Below are positions 1 to 11,753 of a stretch of 32,339 bases of DNA, in pieces. The stretch is from Octopus bimaculoides (Eukaryota): the NCBI RefSeq assembly GCF_001194135.2, contig NC_068989.1, positions 51,533,046 through 51,565,384 of the forward strand, given 5' to 3'. The notes under the pieces are model-generated. The model had not been told where the DNA came from and made no database searches. It saw nothing but the letters and a program-made list of their open reading frames with translations. Numbering within the stretch: the first letter of the stretch is position 1; every line of letters begins with the position of its first letter. The position numbers and the translations under genes were made by a program.

Positions 1-146
1 GAAAGAGAGTGAGAGAGAGGGAAGAGGGGTATGGGGGGGAAGAAGAAAGGAAGAGAAAGAGAGTGAGAGAGAGGGGAAGAGAGTGAGAGAGTAAGGGTGA
101 GAGAGTAAGAGAGTAAGAGTGTAGAGAGTAAGGGTGAGAGAGTAAG

Positions 147-210
<64 letters not shown>
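1..210. repeat. GA-rich purine tract followed by (TA)n(TG)n microsatellite
   Basis: Directly visible: gagagt/gagaga units to about 145, then TA and TG dinucleotide runs to 210. Confidence 0.95.
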
Positions 211-213
<3 letters not shown>

Positions 214-917
214 AATGAATATAAGATGGGAAATTGAATTTATACAGAAAATATATAAAGATAAGAATCTTTGCATATCATGTGTTAATTTGCAGTTAAA
301 GATATATCAGTTTGCTAGTAAAAATGGTTATTTGGAAAATGTCAGATACAAGTATTACCAAGTGTAGCTATTCAATGCTGTAATACTTGATAACTTATCG
401 AAAAGTTAGCAATTGGTAGAAAAGATTCCTTGTGTGTAAAATATGTTAAACAGTCGGATTCATTATTATAATATTATGTGAAAACTTACGTGTAATAAGA
501 TTATTATTTGTTAGTAGGTGTTTGTAATTTATATTGGAGCTAATGATTATAGGTGTATATACAAGCAATCTAGTGGGGGCGATAACAAATTAATTGTAGT
601 GAGGAAGATTAACTATATAATTAAATAATTAATAAAATAAATAATTAATAAAATACATAACAAATTAAATTTAAAAGATACTTATATTTCCACTTGAGTA
701 TATGGAATGCTTTCCTCATTTAAAATAATTTAATAGGGTATTCCTGGATGAAAGAATAAATAATACTTTAATTATATAAATATAAACTATTTTTAGAGTT
801 GACTTTGTAAAACAGTGCAGAGGTAATTGTATCGCATATCAGATAAAATTGAATAATAGTAATGGAGCTACGGGTTAAGAGTGTATGTACTAGTGGAAGA
901 GACAACAAATCTATATA

Positions 918-1590
918 TTATTTGAATTTGAAAACTACGTATTTTCCCGCGTAAACATCAGAATTACTTTTCTCGTCTCTGAGGTTACGTAGTGTATTTC
1001 TAGACAAAAAGAATATAGTATGCCGCCGTTATACAAAGACAACATTTATTATTATTGACTTTTTAAACTGGTACGGAAACAATTATATCCCATTTAAGAT
1101 CAAATTCAATAGTATTATCAGTTAATTGCCAAATAAATTTACTTAAACCATTAGAATTAGATTTCTCTCTATTCCTAAATGTGTGTAAGTGGTGCGTGAC
1201 ACGTTTTTTAATTGCATTCTCTGTCGAACCTATATAAGTATCTATTTTTTACTTTGTGTAATGACTGAACATTGGGATATTACATTTTTTTCTTTTACAT
1301 GGATTCTTAAACAAACTATTATGTTAAACCTACTATCACAATTATCATAAATATCATTATATGTTTGTTTGCTAGATGAGGAAGTAATGTTAGTGGTTTT
1401 TGTATCAGTTTTTGTTTCTGTTATTGGGAAATATATGGGTAGAATATTTAAGGTTATTAAAATTACTATGTTTTGAATGATAATAACTATGATTTATATA
1501 TAAAACTATTGTTTAATGAATATCATTATTTACAATAAATTTTGTGTATTACACCCAGTAATTCATTGGATGATACCATCAGGTAATGAA
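918..1590 (-). mobile_element. Penelope-like retroelement remnant: RT-EN linker plus GIY-YIG endonuclease, pseudogenised
   Basis: Manual minus-strand translation gives WYHP (1578-1567, like the Penelope 'WFNPP' linker motif), then NVISQCSV / frameshift / DTYIGSTENAIKKRVTHHLHTFRNREKSNSNGLSKFIWQLTDNTIEFDLKWDII..*KVNNNKCCLC...RNLRDEK...FKFK*. This matches the Penelope GIY-YIG pattern (YIG-T, R..H, LS..IW, KW.I, C.LC, N.R.E). Stops and frameshifts are present. Confidence 0.85.
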
Positions 1591-1619
1591 GCTAATTTAA
1601 CCTCTAATTGAAGATATTT

Positions 1620-1645
1620 AGATATACATATCTATATATATACAT

Positions 1646-1682
<37 letters not shown>
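1620..1682. repeat. (TA)n/(TACA)n microsatellite abutting assembly gap 1683-2205
   Basis: Directly visible. Confidence 0.95.
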
Positions 1683-2205
1683 NNNNNNNNNNNNNNNNNN
1701 NNNNNNNNNNNNNNNNNNNNNNNNNNNNNNNNNNNNNNNNNNNNNNNNNNNNNNNNNNNNNNNNNNNNNNNNNNNNNNNNNNNNNNNNNNNNNNNNNNNN
1801 NNNNNNNNNNNNNNNNNNNNNNNNNNNNNNNNNNNNNNNNNNNNNNNNNNNNNNNNNNNNNNNNNNNNNNNNNNNNNNNNNNNNNNNNNNNNNNNNNNNN
1901 NNNNNNNNNNNNNNNNNNNNNNNNNNNNNNNNNNNNNNNNNNNNNNNNNNNNNNNNNNNNNNNNNNNNNNNNNNNNNNNNNNNNNNNNNNNNNNNNNNNN
2001 NNNNNNNNNNNNNNNNNNNNNNNNNNNNNNNNNNNNNNNNNNNNNNNNNNNNNNNNNNNNNNNNNNNNNNNNNNNNNNNNNNNNNNNNNNNNNNNNNNNN
2101 NNNNNNNNNNNNNNNNNNNNNNNNNNNNNNNNNNNNNNNNNNNNNNNNNNNNNNNNNNNNNNNNNNNNNNNNNNNNNNNNNNNNNNNNNNNNNNNNNNNN
2201 NNNNN

Positions 2206-2297
<92 letters not shown>

Positions 2298-2317
2298 GTA
2301 ATAATAATAATAATAAT

Positions 2318-2372
<55 letters not shown>

Positions 2373-2395
2373 GTAATAATAATAATAATAATAAA
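2206..2395. repeat. Compound trinucleotide microsatellite (CTA)n(ATA)n
   Basis: Directly visible; explains the poly-L/poly-I ORF. Confidence 0.97.
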
Positions 2396-2624
2396 AGATC
2401 TATGAATGGAACATATAGGTATTTCAATGCATCGCCGCGCGCGTTTCCAAAATTCACATATTTTATAAGATCACAGTCCGAATAACTGGAATCATTACTG
2501 TGTACAGACCGTAATAGTCATGGATATCGGATGAATCGTGTTCATGTGTTCATTTCTTCGGACGATCACGACTCACTTCTGTATTGTTCCTGACTACCAA
2601 ATTCAATTACAAAACACTGGTGAG

Positions 2625-2714
2625 CTCTGGACCAAATTATAAGATATTTGCCCAATGTGCCGTTCAGTAGGACAGAACCCAAAACGACGTGAATGGAAAT
2701 CGAGCTTCTTAACT
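2625..2714 (-). mobile_element. Degenerate 5' fragment of SINE family A (tRNA-like head)
   Basis: tttgcccaatgtgccgttcagtaggacagaaccc...gagcttcttaac is the reverse complement of the head seen at 4987, 28405 and 29032. Confidence 0.7.
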
Positions 2715-3749
2715 AAGTATCCATTTCTGCGCGTAAATATATATGTACATATGAGTGCGCGTATGTGTGTGTATGGATATGTGCGTGCGTATATGTGCTT
2801 ATACAGGCACATATACACAGACATATATTATGTATGTTAGAGTGGGACGGTGTTTAGTCAACGGAAAACATAATGATATAATTGCTTTTGATGTCATTTT
2901 CTCCAAAGGCACCGAAACGATAGAGCATCTGTGCACTTTGAATGGAATTATCAAAACGAGAGCCAATCTCTTAGTTTCATGGCAATCTACCCTTCAGAAA
3001 TATAGTCAACCACTTAAATGTGAACGTCACTTCGTTATAATGTATCCTGAATAGTGGCGAATGGCATATGTCATCAAATGTTCTGAAACGTAAACCATAT
3101 GATATGTTACTTTTAAATTATTAAACCTCTCTCTTAGCATTTCACTTCAAAGGATATTAATGTATCAAACGAGGGAAACTAAATTTGGTCTCTTAGGTGT
3201 TGAAAATTGTACAAAGAAATTATCGATTGACAAACTTTTATCTTCAAAATGGAATCCCATATTGTTTATCATCATATTGGATTTCCTCGTCTGGGTTAAT
3301 AGTGGTATATTCAAAGCTCAAAATTCATGACGTGCACGCTGTTCAACAACTGCTGACAAGATACGAGATTTGAAGTGAATATTTTCATAATGTATCAACA
3401 ATTTATTTCATTTTGTATTGTTTTGTTCGACTGTTATATATGACACTAGGCTAAACGTACTTGAATGATTAATGTGTTAAATATAGCTATTTTAATTAGA
3501 TTTGTTTTTGCATTGTCTGATTTGAGTAAAATATTTGGGATATTTAAGGACACGGTACCTAATATATATTGTAAAAGAATATCAGGTAGTATATTTATGT
3601 AATTTCAAAATATGTCATGGATGTCTACGTTTCGATTGGAACAGAACACATTTAAATTTTGTCTTGTAAATCTCTCGGGATCGCAAACATGAATAGTTGT
3701 TTGAAACTGATATCAATGAAAAATTCTATACATTTTCCACAAATATATT

Positions 3750-3880
3750 GGCGGTGGAGTGAACCAGTAAATTGGAGTAGATACATTAAGTATTCATTTG
3801 ATTCCTTTCACGTTTCTGAGTTCTAATCCTGCCAAGGTCACACATGAGTTCAATATCTCAGGAAATCAATAGAAGAATGT
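3750..3880 (+). mobile_element. Highly degenerate SINE family B copy
   Basis: ggcggtggag...tttctgagttctaatcctgccaaggtca resembles the copies at 11505 and 14810 (ttctgagttcaaattccgcc). Confidence 0.5.
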
Positions 3881-4643
3881 ACGATGAAAGTGTCGTGTTT
3901 GGTTTAATTGCATCTTCCCTATATACATGCACATGCCAACATTTTAAACAGGGGGTCTGCTTAAATTCGTTTAGAGATCAATATAGACTATAGGTTGTAT
4001 AATTTTATTCACTATATTTATAGAGCTTGCTTTAAGTTACCATAAATATATCCGTAATATATATGTGTAATATTCTTCAGCTGGATATTCCAGGTTGTAA
4101 TCATCGATTTAAAAAAAGAATATTGATTTTTACAAACATTAGCTCACAGTTGCAGATTTAAATTTTTCACCTGTGAATAAGGAAAACATATATCGCTCGG
4201 AAAGTTCGTTATTTCGTCGATTAGATAATCGAATGCTACACATATTACTGTATATCAAAGAGGACTGAGAATGTATAAAAGCTTTCAATAAAAAGGCACA
4301 TTTTTTCCCTGGACGAGATTCAATCCATTCAACTGTTCAGTGAAATTGATACCACGCATTTGTGTTCATGTTTAAAATATATTATAACAGAGAAAGAAAG
4401 CCATGCTTTTATATAAAACAATACATCTGACGCAATGGCGTCAGTGCAATGCTGTTTCAAAAAACATTTTCTCCCACTAAAGCAATATCTGAATGGAAAA
4501 TGTAACTTTTTCATATGCGTTTGATGTATTTTAACTTGTAATATCCAGCCTGTTCTAAAAAAAAAAAAAAAATAGAAGAATCTCTTATTTTATTGCTTTT
4601 CAAAATATATTCAGCATGTAAATCCTTTTCTTTTTTCAACCAG

Positions 4644-4679
4644 CACCCTCGGCTTTGCAATTACTCAAAAATCATCGAT
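4644..4679 (+). CDS. Weak candidate 36-nt exon of unidentified host gene
   Basis: Strong acceptor tccttttcttttttcaaccag but weak donor AT|gtatat. All three frames are open, so the frame is not constrained. Confidence 0.2.
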
Positions 4680-4986
4680 GTATATACATTTCAATTCGAT
4701 CTGTATTTATTAGTTTCCCTAGTTATAGAAGATTTATTTCGGTTGTTCATTTAATTGATAGTGTGTATTGTTTATAGAATGCTATTACCGTCAAGGACTT
4801 TTCTTAATATTTCCATATATGTTTTCAATTGATCGACAAGAAATAGTTTTGAAAAATTCATTTAAACATTTTTTTGCTTTCAGTGTGTACTTGGAGAGTA
4901 TGCACAGAACATATGAATACGGAAGTGTAATTACAACCATGTGTATGTGAGTATGTGTATGGATTTTAGACTTTAAATCCACCAAA

Positions 4987-5360
4987 TGGTCGTGTGGTAA
5001 AGTGTTTCCTTCCTAACCACATGGTTCCGGCTTCAGTTTCACGACGTAGCAACTTGGGCAAACCTATTCTATTATAGCCTCGGACTATCTAAAGGTCTGA
5101 GAGTGGATTTGGTAGACGCAAACTGAAAGAAGCCCGCTGTATATATGTTTGTGTGAGTGTGTGTATGTAATTGTTTCTGTGCTCGTCCCTCACAAATGCT
5201 TGGCAAGCGGCGTTGTTGTGTTTCTGTCCCCATACGTTAAGAGTACTGCAAAAGAGAATGATAGAGTAAGTACCAGGCTTAGCAAAATTTAAGTAGGGTA
5301 GTATTCTTCAAGGCGGTGCTGCAGCATTGCCGCAGTCTTATGTAAAAGAATAAAAGAAAA
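4987..5360 (+). mobile_element. SINE family A, near full length, with internal TA/TG tract and A-rich tail
   Basis: Head (gtgtggtaa...aaccacatggttcc...cagt), body (ttgggcaa...tatagcctcgg...gagtggatttggtagacg.aaactgaaagaagccc) and tail (gcagtc...aaagaataaaag) are shared with 28405 and 29032. Confidence 0.88.
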
Positions 5361-6014
5361 ACTAAAACAATTAAAGTTCATCTATACTTATAATATTTTC
5401 ACTTTCCTTATACTTCATTTATATATATANNNNNNNNNNNNNNNNNNNNNNNNNNNNNNNNNNNNNNNNNNNNNNNNNNNNNNNNNNNNNNNNNNNNNNN
5501 NNNNNNNNNNNNNNNNNNNNNNNNNNNNNNNNNNNNNNNNNNNNNNNNNNNNNNNNNNNNNNNNNNNNNNNNNNNNNNNNNNNNNNNNNNNNNNNNNNNN
5601 NNNNNNNNNNNNNNNNNNNNNNNNNNNNNNNNNNNNNNNNNNNNNNNNNNNNNNNNNNNNNNNNNNNNNNNNNNNNNNNNNNNNNNNNNNNNNNNNNNNN
5701 NNNNNNNNNNNNNNNNNNNNNNNNNNNNNNNNNNNNNNNNNNNNNNNNNNNNNNNNNNNNNNNNNNNNNNNNNNNNNNNNNNNNNNNNNNNNNNNNNNNN
5801 NNNNNNNNNNNNNNNNNNNNNNNNNNNNNNNNNNNNNNNNNNNNNNNNNNNNNNNNNNNNNNNNNNNNNNNNNNNNNNNNNNNNNNNNNNNNNNNNNNNN
5901 NNNNNNNNNNNNNNNNNNNNNNNNNNNNNNNNNNNNNNNNNNNNNNNNNNNNNNNNNNNNNNNNNNNNNNNNNNNNNNNNNNNNNNNNNNNNNNNNNNNN
6001 NNNNNNNNNNNNNN

Positions 6015-6850
6015 TATATATGTATCACAGCGGCATCCTCGCTACACGGGAAAACCATTGCCAAGAAGACTTACTGAAATGATTCATGATTGTTGCCATG
6101 TGATGCACTTATATGACTTTTAAGCTCAGCCAAACTTGTATACACCTTATTACATACTAGACAACTGTGTTGGCTGGCAGGAGAAACAGGTGCCACCATA
6201 TGCACTCTCTTAACATGTATTTTTAGACCTCCAACTGAGAGGCACACCCTTCAACACTTTACACATGCTTTGCTGTGAATTTTAATAGCCAAATCATTGT
6301 TTATCATGGGTCGATTTCTGTGAGAATTTTGATGGCTCACCAGGCCTGCACGACACAAACACCTCCGCCCACAAACCAGACACATGAAAAGCAACTCTCT
6401 CACTTTCCACAGATTCTTACATCTAAGCCTTCTCCTATTTTTCTCATACTTCACTCTCTCCCTCCCAAACCTTGAACATCTATCATGCACTATCTTCCTC
6501 CATCCATCACAGTCCTGTGCCTCCCTCTCCGAATTACCAGCTGCAATTCCTGTCTGTATTAAAGCATATTAAGGAAATCCTTAACACTTAGTTTAGCCAT
6601 AATTGCTGGTTACCTACCATCTTCCAGCTCCCCACAAAATAGTTGCTTGGCAGTCGCTCAACACTCGTCCTTACCAAATGGCCCCACCTCAAACGTCTTT
6701 GCAAAATCATTGATCCTATACTTCTAATGCCACTCCTCTCAAGCACCTCCGCATTACTAATGGCCATTTTCCCGTTTATTCCCCAAATTTTTTTCAAACA
6801 GTATTGATGAAATAGTTGCAGTTGCTTTACCTGCCTACGGTAAACAACTC
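6015..6850 (-). mobile_element. 5'-truncated RTE-clade LINE 3' end: post-RT domain, three C2H2 zinc fingers, short 3' UTR
   Basis: Minus-strand translation [22 protein letters not shown]...[31 protein letters not shown]...RLP is typical of the RTE C-terminal region. It is followed by CLVCGRRCLCRAGLVSHQNSH, CVKC*RVCLSVGGLKIHVKRVH and CLVCNKVYTSLAELKSHISASH, with stop at 6073-6071 and then about 55 nt to a TA tract. Confidence 0.9.
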
Positions 6851-6851
6851 A

Positions 6852-7000
6852 TGTATATATACATATATGTATATATATGCATATATATATATATATACAT
6901 ATATACATACATATGCATATATAAATATATATACACATATGTATACATATATAAATACATGTATATATATATATACATATATATTTACATATATACATAC

Positions 7001-7047
<47 letters not shown>

Positions 7048-7330
7048 NNNNNNNNNNNNNNNNNNNNNNNNNNNNNNNNNNNNNNNNNNNNNNNNNNNNN
7101 NNNNNNNNNNNNNNNNNNNNNNNNNNNNNNNNNNNNNNNNNNNNNNNNNNNNNNNNNNNNNNNNNNNNNNNNNNNNNNNNNNNNNNNNNNNNNNNNNNNN
7201 NNNNNNNNNNNNNNNNNNNNNNNNNNNNNNNNNNNNNNNNNNNNNNNNNNNNNNNNNNNNNNNNNNNNNNNNNNNNNNNNNNNNNNNNNNNNNNNNNNNN
7301 NNNNNNNNNNNNNNNNNNNNNNNNNNNNNN

Positions 7331-7363
<33 letters not shown>

Positions 7364-7370
7364 ATATATA
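6852..7370. repeat. TA/TACA-rich low-complexity tract spanning gap 7048-7330
   Basis: Directly visible. Confidence 0.95.
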
Positions 7371-7925
7371 TGAGGAGGTATCAAAAGTAATCGGAAACCT
7401 TCCCTATGGGACAAACCCGTTGTAGTTCAGGGTTTCGCTGCTAGAAACCACTTGATGCGACTTTCAGGCAACAGTCTGCTGTCCTGCGTTGTCCTCTGTA
7501 GTCGTCCTGTTACGTGCGTGTATGTGACGGGGATCATTTATTTGCAGTGCTTCTTCCCCGTTCCTCGATTTTTTGCGATAGCTGAAACGAAGAAATATCA
7601 TGCTTCCGTGAAATTCTGTTTTCTGCCGCAGAAAATAACGGCCGAAACCATTGTCATGCTTCAAGCAGCTTAAAAGACTCTGCTATGCATGAGCAAAACA
7701 CAAGTTTACTAGTGCTTTTCACGCTTTAGGAACAGTCATTTGTCGCTTGAAGTTTAACCTCGTTTAGGGGGACTGTTGAACTGAACGAATGAAGAGAACA
7801 TGAAATGATCTTCGAGGACCGTCACCAAACAACTTACGAACGTGTTAATATGACTGGTGTATCCTTGGACTCTTGCCAACGAATTTCGTGCGCGGAATTG
7901 CGAATCAAACCAGTGTTACCTGCCC
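7371..7925 (+). mobile_element. Mariner DNA transposon 5' end: left TIR plus N-terminal HTH of transposase, pseudogenised and 3'-truncated
   Basis: TA|tgaggaggtatcaaaag resembles a mariner TIR start. Translation KYHASVKFCFLPQKITAETIVMLQAA*KDSAM..SKTQVY*CFSRFRNSHLSLE..PR..G...FEDRHQT...TGVSLDSCQRI..EL matches mariner N-termini (KFCF, AETV.ML..AY, SKTQVYEWF.RF, EDRR.T, S.CQRIL). Confidence 0.88.
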
Positions 7926-7929
7926 TAGA

Positions 7930-8535
7930 TATAGATGCAAAGACTAGTATAGAATATAAATAGGTTGAGACAAAGCAAACAGTGTGAACACGTGGTATAA
8001 AACAGACAAATATCAAAGAATAGTGTTTGTAGAGGTCGCAGCCCATGGAGAACTAGCCCGTTGATTTAGGAAAAGTCTGAAGGAGACCAAACTCAACATG
8101 AAAATTGTTGAAAACCAAAGGGACTACATCAGATCAAAACTACGTAGGATGTACCCCTTGCAGAATATCATATGCACCAATAAAAGCCGTATGGTGTGTA
8201 GGATTAACCTGGTCTTATTTGCGCAAACAGAAATGTAGTCTACAGCATATGATGCATAGAACATCATATGCTGCATGTGATGCATGAACATGACATACAT
8301 AGGGGAGACATCTAGGGACATTGCATAGAGACTAAATTTACATTTGAGACAATATGACGACAAAAATCAGTCCTCCATACTCTACTAACATGCCAAAGAC
8401 CAACATAGAGGCAACCTGGGTCAACCTGACATCCGCATGTTATCCAACACCCAAAGGGCCCTACTCTCAGACAAATACAGGGTTACGTCCTCATAAATGA
8501 AACATCACCAGTTCCAAATAGGAAATATACGTAGT
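7930..8535 (+). mobile_element. Penelope-like element remnant (Neptune-type linker plus GIY-YIG endonuclease), pseudogenised
   Basis: NTWYKTDKYQRIVFVEVAAHGELAR*FRKSLKETKLNMKIVENQRDYIRSKLRRMYP, then C.PC..C...NVVYSI*C, TYIGETSRDIA*RLNLHLRQ...SSILY*HAKDQH (YIGET at 8296-8310) and LRQIQ..V.I...NRK. Frameshifts are present. Confidence 0.85.
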
Positions 8536-8559
8536 AGGTCATCATGCCTCCATACCTAC

Positions 8560-9000
8560 AGTTTATGTTTACACACAAGTAGAATAGTTAATGGGCTGTG
8601 ATGTAGATGTATGTATGTGAGTGTCTGGGTTTGTGTGTATATGTATGCGTATATATATATGTATATGCGCATTATATAGGCAAATAGATATGAATGTAAA
8701 CTGGTAGGCATACAAACGGACCGGTACATAGGTAATATGAACAGACAAGCATACATACACACATATGCAAATGAAGATTGAAACACATGACCAGATAAAC
8801 ACATAAGTCACTTCACACAAGGACACATATGGAGACATCTATACATACAGACACACCTATACTTACAGACACAGAACATTGTCACAAAAACCCATACGCA
8901 CAAAGACATACTGAGACATTCACACACAAAGAGACAGAGGTACACACACACATGCAGACATAAACACACACGCAAACATATATATATATATACATTTAAA
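8560..9000. repeat. CA/TA-rich degenerate simple-repeat tract
   Basis: Low-complexity cac/aca/tat content; source of spurious C/V/Y-rich ORFs. Confidence 0.8.
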
Positions 9001-9530
9001 AGCTTCGCAAATGTTAACGGCATTTTATGAAGACGAGCTGCATTTTGAAAGGACTTCGTATATACTTGTATGTACTAGAAATTATATGTGTGGAATAGAG
9101 ATACCCAGCCGAACTTTCTTTCTTTCTGCCCTCCCCCTCTCTCTCTTTCTCTCTCTAGCGCCCTATGCATGTATATATGTATTATATGTAAAACATATGT
9201 CTACGCATGTGTAATGTTAATATTAGTTTTTAAGTTTAACTGTAACAAAACCTTTTATGTATTTATGTGATCTGTTACTCTATACTTTTGCAGAGTTGAA
9301 GTTAATTTTTTAAAAAGAATGTTTTTGATAGTGACCTCGAAGTTTAGGCCAGTTACTACGTCATTGGACTGAGATGCATGAGTTAATTTTGCTTTTATAT
9401 TGTCTCTGTTGGGTTAAAGCGTTCCTATGAGTGGTGTGGTATATATTTACACAGTTACACAGACACACGGGAACACAGTAAAAAAACACTATATTTCCAT
9501 AAGCTGACATGCCAACTTTTGTTATTCCAG

Positions 9531-9617
9531 ATTGATTGAAAGGGCTGTAAGAACATTTAGAACACGCCTCAAAAGACATTGTCTTTCACAGCTGACGCGT
9601 TTGCAGAATGCAGTTGG
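9531..9617 (+). CDS. Candidate internal exon (87 nt, phase 2-2) of unidentified host gene: xLIERAVRTFRTRLKRHCLSQLTRLQNAV(G)
   Basis: Branch-like CTGAC at 9504-9508, acceptor cttttgttattccag, donor GG|gtacgt. Only one of three frames is open, and the exon is GC-richer than its flanks. Protein not recognised. Confidence 0.6.
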
Positions 9618-10186
9618 GTACGTGACGAAAACTTTGGAGGCTTACTAAGCAAAAATGGTGAAGAAGTGCTATGAGCCTGGGAGTAAAGAACTAGCAAAAA
9701 AGTGGTTTTCAGACAGCGCAATACGTGGCCTCTATTTTCAATGCTAGGTTGCCTTTGTTGTAACTTGACGTTCAAAGCAAATAAGTTACCAAAATATTGC
9801 AAAACATTTGAACGAGCACAATGAAATTACTGCTTCCATTTTATAGTCAGTTCCTGTGGCCATACTGATGAGACACAATTTGTGGTATATTTGTTATTTC
9901 CTTTTATTCCCATGGTTCTCTCCCAGTGCTTGGCTTTGTTTAAAGTTTCGAAGGAAATGTACTGGAAATGACGCTCTCATTTGCTATTCTGTTTCTTTAA
10001 ACATTTGTAGGGAAAATATAACTATTTTAGGGAATTTAGCTCTGATTTATAAATCTAGGATTTCAGATGAATTTCCTATTTGTGACAGTTTGCACAATTA
10101 CATGAATTTATTAGCATATAGAATATTCTATCATGTATTGAATTTAGCAGTTTCATAATATATGTTGAATTTTTTTTTGTATACAG

Positions 10187-10206
10187 AGTATTACCTTTGG
10201 CATCAG
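10187..10206 (+). CDS. Candidate 20-nt micro-exon (VLPLAS)
   Basis: Acceptor ttttttttgtatacag, donor CAG|gtataa. Phase-compatible with both 9531-9617 and 15362-15404, but short enough to occur by chance. Confidence 0.35.
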
Positions 10207-11339
10207 GTATAATGTAAGATATTAAATTTTGATGTTATATTTTTAAATTATGTAGGAAATATTCAAGTGATTCTCTCACCAAATGTAATACTCATCAGAT
10301 GGGATATCTCATTAAAAGCATGTTCAGACTTTATAGCCAATTGCAGTTATTACCTACTTGACATTAAATTAATGTAGTAACGCCAAATTGGTTTCGATGT
10401 TAATCTCATTTAACAGGAAATAATTTTATAATTCTCCATAATACAATATTGCACTGCATTAAATATCCTACAAATTAGAGTTACCTAAAATCGATTGTTA
10501 CTTTATTTTACATATTTCCCTACGTATCGCAAAGGTGTGGAAAATGGTGTCATTTACAACGACGTAGGTTTGTAAGGTGTAAGGGGATCACTTGTTCATT
10601 TCATTCCCTTTGAGGAATGTGAAAAGAGATCGTTGTAACTCGTTGCAATGGCATGTATTAAAACCGCCGTTATTTGTGTATGATAATATCGTTCTGCAGA
10701 CATAAAAGTAGGCATTACATATATGCATAGCCTTTACACTGCAACCCACCTACTTATGTTTCTATATACAGCGAGCTTGTATGTGCCCGTGTACAAAATT
10801 CTATTGTCAAGTTATAAGTCCAACAAAAGATGTTAGCAGATGTTTTTTCGAACCACAACGTTGCACAGCTAACACCTTAAGCACGCATCATCTAGTCCTG
10901 CACGAACTTTTATATAAACAAATGAATTAATCGATTGCTGCATGCGACAAAATGACATACATCTCACTGTAGATGTAAAAAACGATATATTAAATATGTA
11001 AAATATTTCTAGCAAAGACTTGAAGTAATTTGATTCATCAAATTCCTGATTATTTGCGTACATCACAAAAAATTAGATTGAACTAAATTCTCTGGCACTC
11101 AGCTGAACATTTCAAGAATATCTGAAGTCGAAGAATATTAAAAACAGATAGAATTTGTTGCGGATACTTTGTAGAGTTTTCATTCATTAAGTAAACAGCT
11201 TCATTTGAGTGAACTATTCTTATGGGAGTTTTAAACAAAAATCGGTCGGATATATAATTCAATATTTCAATATTTATTTTTAACAAATCGTTATTTTCAC
11301 TATGCATATTAAGATCTGAGAATCAAATCAGTTCTCGTT

Positions 11340-11344
11340 GCGCA

Positions 11345-11395
<51 letters not shown>

Positions 11396-11406
11396 CGTGC
11401 GTGTGT
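11340..11406. repeat. (TG)n/(TGCG)n microsatellite
   Basis: Directly visible. Confidence 0.95.
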
Positions 11407-11504
11407 TTATATTGTAAATATATCCCTCGGATAGGAATCATAATTTGTGCCTGCCCGTCACATCGTAATGCAGGGATTTATATCCATTATCATATAGCAA
11501 ATAT

Positions 11505-11714
11505 AAGGCGACTACCTGATAGAATTGTTCGCACGTCGGCCAACATGTTTGGCAATATTTCATCTGCCTTTATGTTCTGAGTTCAAATTCCGCCAAACTC
11601 GAATTTGTCTTTCATCGTTTTGTGAGCGATAAAATAAGTACCACTGAGGTTGATGTGATCAACTAGCCTCTCCCCAAAATTTCAGGTATTTTGCCTATTT
11701 TACAAACGATTGTT
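11505..11714 (+). mobile_element. SINE family B copy
   Basis: aaggcg...ttctgagttcaaattccgcc...tttcatcgtttt...cgataaaataagtacca...gttgatgtgatcaactag...ccccaaaatttcagg; homologous to 14810 and to the reverse complement of 11822-12014. Confidence 0.85.
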
Positions 11715-11732
11715 AGTTACTAAAAGCAGGTA

Positions 11733-11753
11733 ATCTATCTATCTATCTATCTA

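Noticed and set aside
211-917. Possible NUMT, or a + strand 'IYIGA' GIY-YIG motif near 530
   Set aside because: No mitochondrial gene or tRNA recognisable; the + strand motif has no supporting context, and the real GIY-YIG is on the minus strand further right.
1608-2405. 265-aa ORF with poly-Leu/poly-Ile
   Set aside because: Made of N-gap plus (CTA)n(ATA)n; artefact. The same applies to all X-containing and YI/CV/HT-repeat ORFs in the track.
2755-3054. 99-aa ORF with plausible acceptor at about 2908
   Set aside because: N-terminal part is simple repeat, no recognisable domain and no good donor.
4146-4172. Minus-strand mini-exon candidate (GEKFKSAT) with good splice signals
   Set aside because: Isolated, with no compatible partner; shows that such short candidates arise by chance in this AT-rich DNA.
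9866-9895. CTGATGAG motifs at about 9866 (+), 10291 (-) and 26986 (+) as hammerhead or C-box candidates
   Set aside because: No correctly placed GAAA and stems; the C/D-box reading at 26986 lacks a terminal stem and proper spacing.
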